64,000 nucleotides of DNA. Source: Amphiscolops sp. MND2022 (taxonomy: Eukaryota). Location: NCBI GenBank assembly GCA_964187785.1, contig OZ076412.1, positions 39,928,001 to 39,992,000 of the forward strand, in the 5' to 3' direction. Every line of letters starts with the position of its first letter. Position 1 is the first letter of the stretch. Both the position numbers and the translations under genes were made by a program. Positions 26,322 through 38,300 of this stretch are shown one piece after another. The notes under the pieces were generated by a model. It searched no databases. It was not told the DNA's origin and was given only the letters and a program-made list of their open reading frames with translations.

Positions 26322-29300
26322 TTTGCTTGGGCAATGACCGCAGCAACCCAATTTTCGAAGTGTACAGAAGTTCTTGAGGTCATTGAAGACGCTGTCCCGA
26401 ACCTACTCCAAATTTCCTATAGTAACCAACCCTCTAACAACAGCGCTCACGAAATTCAACATGAACAAGGTAACACTGAGTTTTATTCGAGGCAACATTA
26501 TGTCTCCCACTTGCAGTGGGTTTTTACGCGACCGACGTATAAGCAAGACAACGAATTGCCCTCGTATTCAGAAGTCTGCGGTTTCTTCTTGGGCGCTAAC
26601 CTGCAGAAATTTCCAATAGGCATTGCTTATTTGGAAGATGATCATTCTCGGGAGAACAGTTCCAATGTTTCCAGCTTTCGAAAATCTTCTGCGCAAATGG
26701 AACTCTTGCTTTACCTGCCAGTCAAACCAAATTGCGAAATTGAGAAATCCAGATGTAAGCTGAATAGTTACCCGCACTTGTAGATGTGGTTGTCCATCAA
26801 CCCGTCAATGCAATAGCGCCGTATGAAACGTCCAGTACCTTTCTCACCTCCAATAGTCGTGATAAGGTACGACAAGCTAGTTGTAGCAATAATGCAGATG
26901 TTTAAATTTCAGAAAATATTAGCATCATTCATCAACAGTTGGGCTTGGATGTTGGTGCCTTTACATTATATTCGGTTGATACATCGGGAACAGTAGCTAG
27001 TGTAGCACCATCCTCATACAAAGATGTTTGTTCTAGCTTAGTAATCCCATTTGTAGCCAGTCTTTTGTCTACAACATGGCTGCAACTTCAAGATTTGTCA
27101 GTTGTCAAACCTCGGATTTAGCATCACGGACCAATGGATGGTGACTGTCTTTTTTCTTCGTTGGCAATCACAGCGACCAAATCTTACTTGCGCACTAAGA
27201 TATGTAATTTTCTTCCAGTATGCAATATTGCTCATTTTTTGGAGAAATACTTTATTGGCAAGTATGGGCGGCTGGAATCTGAAACATGCGCGGATGTCGA
27301 AATCCTGCTATGGCACGACGTTGTCAGTAATAGCATTTCAAAGCATCCCTATCAGGCTACAGAGCCCTTGTCAATGCACGAATTTAAAGAAGAGGTGCAA
27401 ATAATCAGTGGAAAGGAGTTGTTGGATGTTCTTAGATGCCAAGAAAAGATGTGCAAACAAACCTAAATTGGGACGATTCAGCCGAGTTTGGCTTTATAAA
27501 GCTGTAGCCGATTCTCTCAGATCGATACAGAGATATTTTGAAAAATGAAATTCATTTGGATCCCAAGCTTGAGCTTCATATGGCGAAGCGTGTGTTATTC
27601 AGCGAAGGCGTAGACAGGCTTATGATATGCAGACGGAACATAATAAAGTATTAAAATTATTGATAATATTTTGGTGAACATACTGTGGGTGATAAACTTT
27701 ACCGTGTTATCATTACATTGTAGGTCAAACAATGAACCTACTTTGCTTGGGCAATGACCGCAGCAACCCAATTTTCGGAGTGTACAGAAGTCTTGAGGTC
27801 ATTGAAGACGCTGTCCCGAACCTACTCCAATTTCCTATAGTAACCAACCCTCTAACAACAGCGCTCACGGAATTCAACATGAACAAGGTAACACTGAGTT
27901 TTATTCGAGGCAACATTATGTCTCCCACGTGCAGTGGGTTTTTACGCGACCGATGTATAAGCAAGACAATGCATTGCCCTCGTATTCAGAAGTCTGCAGT
28001 TTCTTCTTGGGCGCTAACCTGCAGAAATTTCCAATAGGCATTGCTTATTTGGAAGATGATCATTCTCGGGAGAACAGTTCCAATGTTTCCAGCTCTCGAA
28101 AATCTTCTGCGCAAATGGAACTCTTGCTTTACCTGCCAGTCAAACTAAATATGAGAAATCCAGATGTAAGCTGAATAGTTACCCGCACTTGTAGATGTGG
28201 TTGTCCATCAACCCGTCAATGCAATAGCGCCGTATGAAACGTCCAGTACCTTTCTTACCTCCAATAGTCGTGATAAGGTACGACAAGCTAGTTGTAGCAA
28301 TAATGCAGATGTTGAAATTCCAAAAAATATCAGCATCATTCATCAACAGTTGGGCTTGGATGTTGGTGCCTTTACATTATATTCGGTTGATACATCGGGA
28401 ACAGTAGCTAGTGTAGCACCATCCTCATACAAAGATGTTTGTTCTAGCTTAGTAATCCCATTTGTAGCCAGTCTTTTGTCTACAACATGGCTGCAACTTC
28501 AAGATTTGTCAGTTGTCAAACCTCGGATTTAGCATCACGGACCAATGGTTGGTGACTGTCTTTTTTCTTCGTTGGCAATCACAGCGACCAAATCTTACTT
28601 GCGCACTAAGATATGTAATTTCCTTCCAGTATGCAATATTGCTCACTTACTGGAGAAATACTTTATTGGCAAGTATGGGCGGCTGGAATCTGAAACATGC
28701 GCGGATGTCGAAATCCTGCTATGGCACGACGTTGTCAGTAATAGCATTTCAAAGCATCCCTATCAGGCTACAGAGCCCTTGTCAATGCACGAATTTAAAG
28801 AAGAGGTGCAAATAATCAGTGGAAAGGAGTTGTTGGATTTTCTTAGATGCCAAGAAAAGATTTGCAAACAAACCTAAATTGGGACGATTTAGCCGAGTTT
28901 GGCTTTATAAAGCTGTAGCCGATTCTCTCAGATCGACACAGAGATATTTTGAAAAATGAAATTCATTTGGATCCCAAGCTTGAGCTTCATATGGCGAAGC
29001 GTGTGTTATTCAGCGAAGGCGTAGACAGCCTTATGATATGCAGACGGAACATAAAAAAGTATAAAAATTATTGATACTATTTTGGTGAACATACTGTGGG
29101 TGATAAACTTTACCGTGTTATCATTACATTGTAGGTCAAACAATGAACCTACTTTGCTTGGGCAATGACCGCAGCAACCCAATTTTCGGAGTGTACAGAA
29201 GTCTTGAGGTCATTGAAGACGCTGTCCCGAACCTACTCCAATTTCCTATAGTAACCAACCCTCTAACAACAGCGCTCACGGAATTCAACATGAACAAGGT

Positions 29301-32300
29301 AACACTGAGTTTTATTCGAGGCAACATTATGTCTCCCACTTGCAGTGGGTTTTTACGCGACCGATGTATAAGCAAGACAACGCATTGCCCTCGTATTCAG
29401 ACGTCTGCAGTTTCTTCTTGGGCGCTAACCTGCAGAAATTTCCAATAGGCATTGCTTATTTGGAAGATGATCATTCTCGGGAGAACAGTTCCAATGTTTC
29501 CAGCTTTCGAAAATCTTCTGCGCAAATGGAACTCTTGCTTTACCTGCCAGTCAAACTAAATCTGAGAAATCCAGATGTAAGCTGAATAGTTACCCGCACT
29601 TGTAGATGTGGTTGTCCATCAACCCGTCAATGCAATAGCGCCGTATGAAACGTCCAGTACCTTTCTTACCTCCAATAGTCGTGATAAGGTACGACAAGCT
29701 AGTTGTAGCAATAATGCAGATGTTGAAATTCCAAAAAATATTAGCATCATTCATCAACAGTTGGGCTTGGATGTTGGTGCCTTTACATTATATTCGGTTG
29801 ATACATCGGGAACAGTAGCTAGTGTAGCACCATCCTCATACAAAGATGTTTGTTCTAGCTTAGTAATCCCATTTGTAGCCAGTCTTTTGTCTACAACATG
29901 GCTGCAACTTCAAGATTTGTCAGTTGTCAAACCTCGGATTTAGCATCACGGACCAATGGATGGTGACTGTCTTTTTTCTTCGTTGGCAATCACAGCGACC
30001 AAATCTTACTTGCGCACTAAGATATGTAATTTCCTTCCAGTATGCAATATTGCTCACTTTTTGGAGAAATACTTTATTGGCAAGTATGGGCGGCTGGAAT
30101 CTGAAACATGCGCGGATGTCGAAATCCTGCTATGGCACGACGTTGTCAGTAATAGCATTTCAAAGCATCCCTATCAGGCTACAGAGCCCTTGTCAATGCA
30201 CGAATTTAAAGAAGAGGTGCAAATAATCAGTGGAAAGGAGTTGTTGGATTTTCTTAGATGCCAAGAAAAGATTTGCAAACAAACCTAAATTGGGACGATT
30301 TAGCCGAGTTTGGCTTTATAAAGCTGTAGCCGATTCTCTCAGATCGACACAGAGATATTTTGAAAAATGAAATTCATTTGGATCCCAAGCTTGAGCTTCA
30401 TATGGCGAAGCGTGTGTTATTCAGCGAAGGCGTAGACAGCCTTATGATATGCAGACGGAACATAAAAAAGTATAAAAATTATTGATACTATTTTGGTGAA
30501 CATACTGTGGGTGATAAACTTTACCGTGTTATCATTACATTGTAGGTCAAACAATGAACCTACTTTGCTTGGGCAATGACCGCAGCAACCCAATTTTCGG
30601 AGTGTACAGAAGTCTTGAGGTCATTGAAGACGCTGTCCCGAACCTACTCCAATTTCCTATAGTAACCAACCCTCTAACAACAGCGCTCACGGAATTCAAC
30701 ATGAACAAGGTAACACTGAGTTTTATTCGAGGCAACATTATGTCTCCCACTTGCAGTGGGTTTTTACGCGACCGATGTATAAGCAAGACAACGCATTGCC
30801 CTCGTATTCAGACGTCTGCAGTTTCTTCTTGGGCGCTAACCTGCAGAAATTTCCAATAGGCATTGCTTATTTGGAAGATGATCATTCTCGGGAGAACAGT
30901 TCCAATGTTTCCAGCTTTCGAAAATCTTCTGCGCAAATGGAACTCTTGCTTTACCTGCCAGTCAAACTAAATCTGAGAAATCCAGATGTAAGCTGAATAG
31001 TTACCCGCACTTGTAGATGTGGTTGTCCATCAACCCGTCAATGCAATAGCGCCGTATGAAACGTCCAGTACCTTTCTTACCTCCAATAGTCGTGATAAGG
31101 TACGACAAGCTAGTTGTAGCAATAATGCAGATGTTGAAATTCCAAAAAATATTAGCATCATTCATCAACAGTTGGGCTTGGATGTTGGTGCCTTTACATT
31201 ATATTCGGTTGATACATCGGGAACAGTAGCTAGTGTAGCACCATCCTCATACAAAGATGTTTGTTCTAGCTTAGTAATCCCATTTGTAGCCAGTCTTTTG
31301 TCTACAACATGGCTGCAACTTCAAGATTTGTCAGTTGTCAAACCTCGGATTTAGCATCACGGACCAATGGATGGTGACTGTCTTTTTTCTTCGTTGGCAA
31401 TCACAGCGACCAAATCTTACTTGCGCACTAAGATATGTAATTTCCTTCCAGTATGCAATATTGCTCACTTTTTGGAGAAATACTTTATTGGCAAGTATGG
31501 GCGGCTGGAATCTGAAACATGCGCGGATGTCGAAATCCTGCTATGGCACGACGTTGTCAGTAATAGCATTTCAAAGCATCCCTATCAGGCTACAGAGCCC
31601 TTGTCAATGCACGAATTTAAAGAAGAGGTGCAGATAATCAGTGGAAAGTAGTTGTTGGATTTTCTTAGATGCCAAGAAAAGATTTGCAAACAAACCTAAA
31701 TTGGGACGATTTAGCCGAGTTTGGCTTTATAAAGCTGTAGCCGATTCTCTCAGATCGACACAGAGATATTTTGAAAAATGAAATTCATTTGGATCCCAAG
31801 CTTGAGCTTCATATGGCGAAGCGTGTGTTATTCAGCGAAGGCGTAGACAGCCTTATGATATGCAGACGGAACATTAAAAAGTATAAAAATTATTGATACT
31901 ATTTTGGTGAACATACTGTGGGTGATAAACTTTACCGTGTTATCATTACATTGTAGGTCAAACAATGAACCTACTTTGCTTGGGCAAGGACCGCAGCAAC
32001 CCAATTTTCGAAGTGTACAGAAGTCTTGAGGTCATTAAAGACGCTGTCCCGAACCTACTCCAATTTCCTATAGTAACCAACCCTCTAACAACAGCGCTCA
32101 CGGAATTCAACATGAACAAGGTAACACTGAGTTTTAATCGAGGCAACATTATGTCTCCCACTTGCAGTGGGTTTTTACGCGACCGACGTATAAGCAAGAC
32201 AACGCATTGCCCTCGTATTCAGAAGTCTGCAGTTTCTTCTTGGGCGCTAACCTGCAGAAATTTCCAATAGGCATTGCTTATTTGGAAGATGATCATTCTC

Positions 32301-35300
32301 GGGAGAACAGTTCCAATGTTTCCAGCTTTCGAAAATCTTCTGCGCAAATGGAACTCTTGCTTTACCTGCCAGTCAAACTAAATCTGAGAAATCCAGATGT
32401 AAGCTGAATAGTTACCCGCACTTGTAGATGTGGTTGTCCATCCCGTCAATGCAATAGCGCCGTATGAAACGTCAAGTACCTTTCTTACCTCCAATAGTCG
32501 TGATAAGGTACGACAAGCTAGTTGTAGCAATAATGCAGATGTTGAAATTTCATAAAATATTAGCATCATTCATCAACAGTTGGGCTTGGATGTTGGTGCC
32601 TTTACATTATATTCGGTTGATACATCGGGAACAGTAGCTAGTGTAGCACCATCCTCATACAAAGATGTTTGTTCTAGCTTAGTAATCCCATTTGTAGCCA
32701 GTCTTTTGTCTACAACATGGCTGCAACTTCAAGATTTGTCAGTTGTCAAACCTCGGATTTAGCATCACGGACCAATGGATGGTGACTGTCTTTTTTCTTC
32801 GTTGGCAATCACAGCGACCAAATCTTACTTGCGCACTAAGATGTGTAATTTCCTTCCAGTATGCAATATTGCTCACTTTTTGGAGAAATACTTTATTGGC
32901 AAGTATGGGCGGCTGGAATCTGAAACATGCGCGGATGTCGAAATCCTGCTATGGCACGACGTTGTCAGTAATAGCATTTCAAAGCATCCCTATCAGGCTA
33001 CAGAGCCCTTGTCAATGCACGAATTTCAAGAAGAGGTGCAGATAATCAGTGGAAAGTAGTTGTTGGGTTTTCTTAGATGCCAAGAAAAGATTTGCAAACA
33101 AACCTAAATTGGGACGATTTAGCCGAGTTTGGCTTTATAAAGCTGTAGCCGATTCTCTCAGATTGACACAGAGATATTTTGAAAAATGAAATTCATTTGG
33201 ATCCCAAGCTTGAGCTTCATATGGCGAAGCGTGTGTTATTCAGCGAAGGCGTAGACAGCCTTATGATATGCAGACGGAACATAAAAAAGTATAAAAATTA
33301 TTGATACTATTTTGGTGAACATACTGTGGGTGATAAACTTTACCGTGTTATCATTACATTGTAGGTCAAACAATGAACCTACTTTGCTTGGGCAATGACC
33401 GCAGCAACCCAATTTTCGAAGTGTACAGAAGTCTTGAGGTCATTAAAGACGCTGTCCCGAACCTACTCCAATTTCCTATAGTAACCAACCCTCTAACAAC
33501 AGCGCTCACGGAATTCAACAGGAACAAGGTAACACTGCGTTTTATTCGAGGCAACATTATGTCTCCCACTTGCAGTGGGTTTTTACGCGACCGATGTATA
33601 AGCAAGACAACGCATTGCCCTCGTATTCAGAAGTCTGCAGTTTCTTCTTGGGCGCTAACCTGCAGAAATTTCCAATAGGCATTGCTTATTTGGAAGATGA
33701 TCATTCTCGGGAGAACAGTTCCAATGTTTCCAGCTTTCGAAAATCTGCGCAAATGGAACTCTTGCTTTACCTGCCAGTCAAACTAAATCTGAGAAATCCA
33801 GATGTAAGCTGAATAGTTACCCGCACTTGTAGATGTGGTTGTCCATCAACCCGTCAATGCAATAGCGCCGTATGAAACGTCCAGTACCTTTCTTACCTCC
33901 AATAGTCGTGATAAGGTACGACAAGCTAGTTGTAGCAATAATGCAGATGTTGAAATTCCAAAAAATATTAGCATCATTCATCAACAGTTGGGCTTGGATG
34001 TTGGTGCCTTTACATTATATTCGGTTGATACATCGGGAACAGTAGCTAGTGTAGCACCATCCTGATACAAAGATGTTTGTTCTAGCTTAGTAATCCCATT
34101 TGTAGCCAGTCTTTTGTCTACAACATGGCTGCAACTTCAAGATTTGTCAGTTGTCAAACCTCGGATTCAGCATCACGGACCAATGGATGGTGACTGTCTT
34201 TTTTCTTCGTTGGCAATCACAGCGACCAAATCTTACTTGCGCACTAAGATATGTAATTTCCTTCCAGTATGCAATATTGCTCACTTTTTGGAGAAATACT
34301 TTATTGGCAAGTATGGGCGGCTGGAATCTGAAACATGCGCGGATGTCGAAATTCTGCTATGGCACGACGTTGTCAGTAATAGCATTTCAAAGCATCCCTA
34401 TCAGGCTACAGAGCCCTTGTCAATGCACGAATTTCAAGAAGAGGTGCAGATAATCAGTGGAAAGTAGTTGTTGGGTTTTCTTAGATGCCAAGAAAAGATT
34501 TGCAAACAAACCTAAATTGGGACGATTTAGCCGAGTTTGGCTTTATAAAGCTGTAGCCGATTCTCTCAGATTGACACAGAGATTTTTTGAAAAATGAAAT
34601 TCATTTGGATCCCAAGCTTGAGCTTCATATGGCGAAGCGTGTGTTATTCAGCGAAGGCGTAGACAGCCTTATGATATGCAGACGGAACATAAAAAAGTAT
34701 AAAAATTATTGATACTATTTTGGTGAACATACTGTGGGTGATAAACTTTACCGTGTTATCATTACATTGTAGGTCAAACAATGAACCTACTTTGCTTGGG
34801 CAATGACCGCAGCAACCCAATTTTCGAGGTGTACAGAAGTCTTGAGGTCATTAAAGACGCTGTCCCGAACCTACTCCAATTTCCTATAGTAACCAACCCT
34901 CTAACAACAGCGCTCACGGAATTCAACAGGAACAAGGTAACACTGCGTTTTATTCGAGGCAACATTATGTCTCCCACTTGCAGTGGGTTTTTACGCGACC
35001 GACGTATAAGCAAGACAACGCATTGCCCTCGTATTCAGAAGTCTGCAGTTTCTTCTTGGGCGCTAACCTGCAGAAATTTCCAATAGGCATTGCTTATTTG
35101 GAAGATGATCATTCTCGGGAGAACAGTTCCAATGTTTCCAGCTTTCGAAAATCTTCTGCGCAAATGGAACTCTTGCTTTACCTGCCAGTCAAACTAAATC
35201 TGAGAAATCCAGATGTAAGCTGAATAGTTACCCGCACTTGTAGATGTGGTTGTCCATCAACCCGTCAATGCAATAGCGCCGTATGAAACGTCCAGTACCT

Positions 35301-38300
35301 TTCTTACCTCCAATAGTCGTGATAAGGTACGACAAGCTAGTTGTAGCAATAATGCAGATGTTGAAATTCCAAAAAATATTAGCATCATTCATCAACAGTT
35401 GGGCTTGGATGTTGGTGCCTTTACATTATATTCGGTTGATACATCGGGAACAGTAGCTAGTGTAGCACCATCCTCATACAAAGATGTTTGTTCTAGCTTA
35501 GTAATCCCATTTGTAGCCAGTCTTTTGTCTACAACATGGCTGCAACTTCAAGATTTGTCAGTTGTCAAACCTCGCATTTAGCATCACGGACCAATGGATG
35601 GTGACTGTCTTTTTTCTTCGTTGGCAATCACAGCGACCAAATCTTACTTGCGCACTAAGATATGTAATTTCCTTCCAGTATGCAATATTGCTCACTTTTT
35701 GGAGAAATACTTTATTGGCAAGTATGGGCGGCTGGAATCTGAAACATGCGCGGATGTCGAAATCCTGCTATGGCACGACGTTGTCAGTAATAGCATTTCA
35801 AAGCATCCCTATCAGGCTACAGAGCCCTTGTCAATGCACGAATTTAAAGAAGAGGTGCAAATAATCAGTGGAAAGTAGTTGTTGGATTTTCTTAGATGCC
35901 AAGAAAAGATTTGCAAACAAACCTAAATTGGGACGATTTAGCCGAGTTTGGCTTTATAAAGCTGTAGCCGATTCTCTCAGATCGACACAGAGATATTTTG
36001 AAAAATGAAATTCATTTGGATCCCAAGCTTGAGCTTCATATGGCGAAGCGTGTGTTATTCAGCGAAGGCGTAGACAGCCTTATAATATGCAGACGGAACA
36101 TAAAAAAGTATAAAAATTATTGATACTATATTGGTGAACATACTGTGGGTGATAAACTTTACCGTGTTATCATTACATTGTAGGTCCAACAATGAACCTA
36201 CTTTGCTTGGGCAATGACCGCAGCAACCCAATTTTCGAAGTGTACAGAAGTCTCGAGGTCATTGAAGACGCTGTCCCGAACCTACTCCAATTTCCTATAG
36301 TAACCAACCCTCTAACAACAGCGCTCACGGAATTCAACATGAACAAGGTAACACTGAGTTTTAATCGAGGCAACATTATGTCTCCCACTTGCAGTGGGTT
36401 TTTACGCGACCGCCGTAAAAGCAAGACAACGAATTGCCCTCGTATTCAGAAGTCTGCAGTTTCTTCTTGGGCGCTAACCTGCAGAAATTTCCAATAGGCA
36501 TTGCTTATTTGGAAGATGATCATTCTCGGGAGAACAGTTCCAATGTTTCCAGCTTTCGAAAATCTTCTGCGCAAATGGAACTCTTGCTTTACCTGCCAGT
36601 CAAACTAAATCTGAGAAATCCAGATGTAAGCTGAATAGTTACCCGCACTTGTAGATGTGGTTGTCCATCAACCCGTCAATGCAATAGCGCCGTATGAAAC
36701 GTCCAGTACCTTTCTTACCTCCAATAGTCGTGATAAGGTACGACAAGCTAGTTGTAGCAATAATGCAGATGTTGAAATTTCAGAAAATATTAGCATCATT
36801 CATCAACAGTTGGGCTTGGATGTTGGTGCCTTTACATTATATTCGGTTAATACATCGGGAACAGTAGCTAGTGTAGCACCATCCTCATACAAAGATGTTT
36901 GTTCTAGCTTAGTAATCCCATTTGTAGCCAGTCTTTTGTCTACAACATGGCTGCAACTTCAAGATTTGTCAGTTGTCAAACCTCGGATTTAGCATCACGG
37001 ACCAATGGATGGTGACTGTCTTTTTTCTTCGTTGGCAATCACAGCGACCAAATCTTACTTGCGCACTAAGATATGTAATTTCCTTCCAGTATGCAATACT
37101 GCTCATTTTTTGGAAATACTTTATTGGCAAGTATGGGCGGCTGGAATCTGAAACATGCGCGGATGTCGAAATCCTGCTATGGCACGACGTTGTCAGTAAT
37201 AGCATTTCAAAGCATCCCTATCAGGCTACAGAGCCCTTGTCAATGCACGAATTTAAAGAAGAGGTGCAAATGATCAGTGGAAAGTAGTTGTTGGATTTTC
37301 TTAGATGCCAAGAAAAGATGTGCAAACAAACCTAAATTGGGACGATTTAGCCGAGTTTGGCTTTATAAAGCTGTAGCCGATTCTCTCAGATCGACACAGA
37401 GATATTTTGAAAAATGAAATTCATTTGGATCCCAAGCTTGAGCTTCATATGGCGAAGCGTGTGTTATTCAGCGAAGGCGTAGACAGCCTTATAATATGCA
37501 GACGGAACATAAAAAAGTATAAAAATTATTGATACTATATTGGTGAACATACTGTGGGTGATAAACTTTACCGTGTTATCATTACATTGTAGGTCCAACA
37601 ATGAACCTACTTTGCTTGGGCAATGACCGCAGCAACCCAATTTTCGAAGTGTACAGAAGTCTCGAGGTCATTGAAGACGCTGTCCCGAACCTACTCCAAT
37701 TTCCTATAGTAACCAACCCTCTAACAACAGCGCTCACGGAATTCAACATGAACAAGGTAACACTGAGTTTTAATCGAGGCAACATTATGTCTCCCACTTG
37801 CAGTGGGTTTTTACGCGACCGCCGTAAAAGCAAGACAACGAATTGCCCTCGTATTCAGAAGTCTGCAGTTTCTTCTTGGGCGCTAACCTGCAGAAATTTC
37901 CAATAGGCATTGCTTATTTGGAAGATGATCATTCTCGGGAGAACAGTTCCAATGTTTCCAGCTTTCGAAAATCTTCTGCGCAAATGGAACTCTTGCTTTA
38001 CCTGCCAGTCAAACTAAATCTGAGAAATCCAGATGTAAGCTGAATAGTTACCCGCACTTGTAGATGTGGTTGTCCATCAACCCGTCAATGCAATAGCGCC
38101 GTATGAAACGTCCAGTACCTTTCTTACCTCCAATAGTCGTGATAAGGTACGACAAGCTAGTTGTAGCAATAATGCAGATGTTGAAATTTCAGAAAATATT
38201 AGCATCATTCATCAACAGTTGGGCTTGGATGTTGGTGCCTTTACATTATATTCGGTTAATACATCGGGAACAGTAGCTAGTGTAGCACCATCCTCATACA

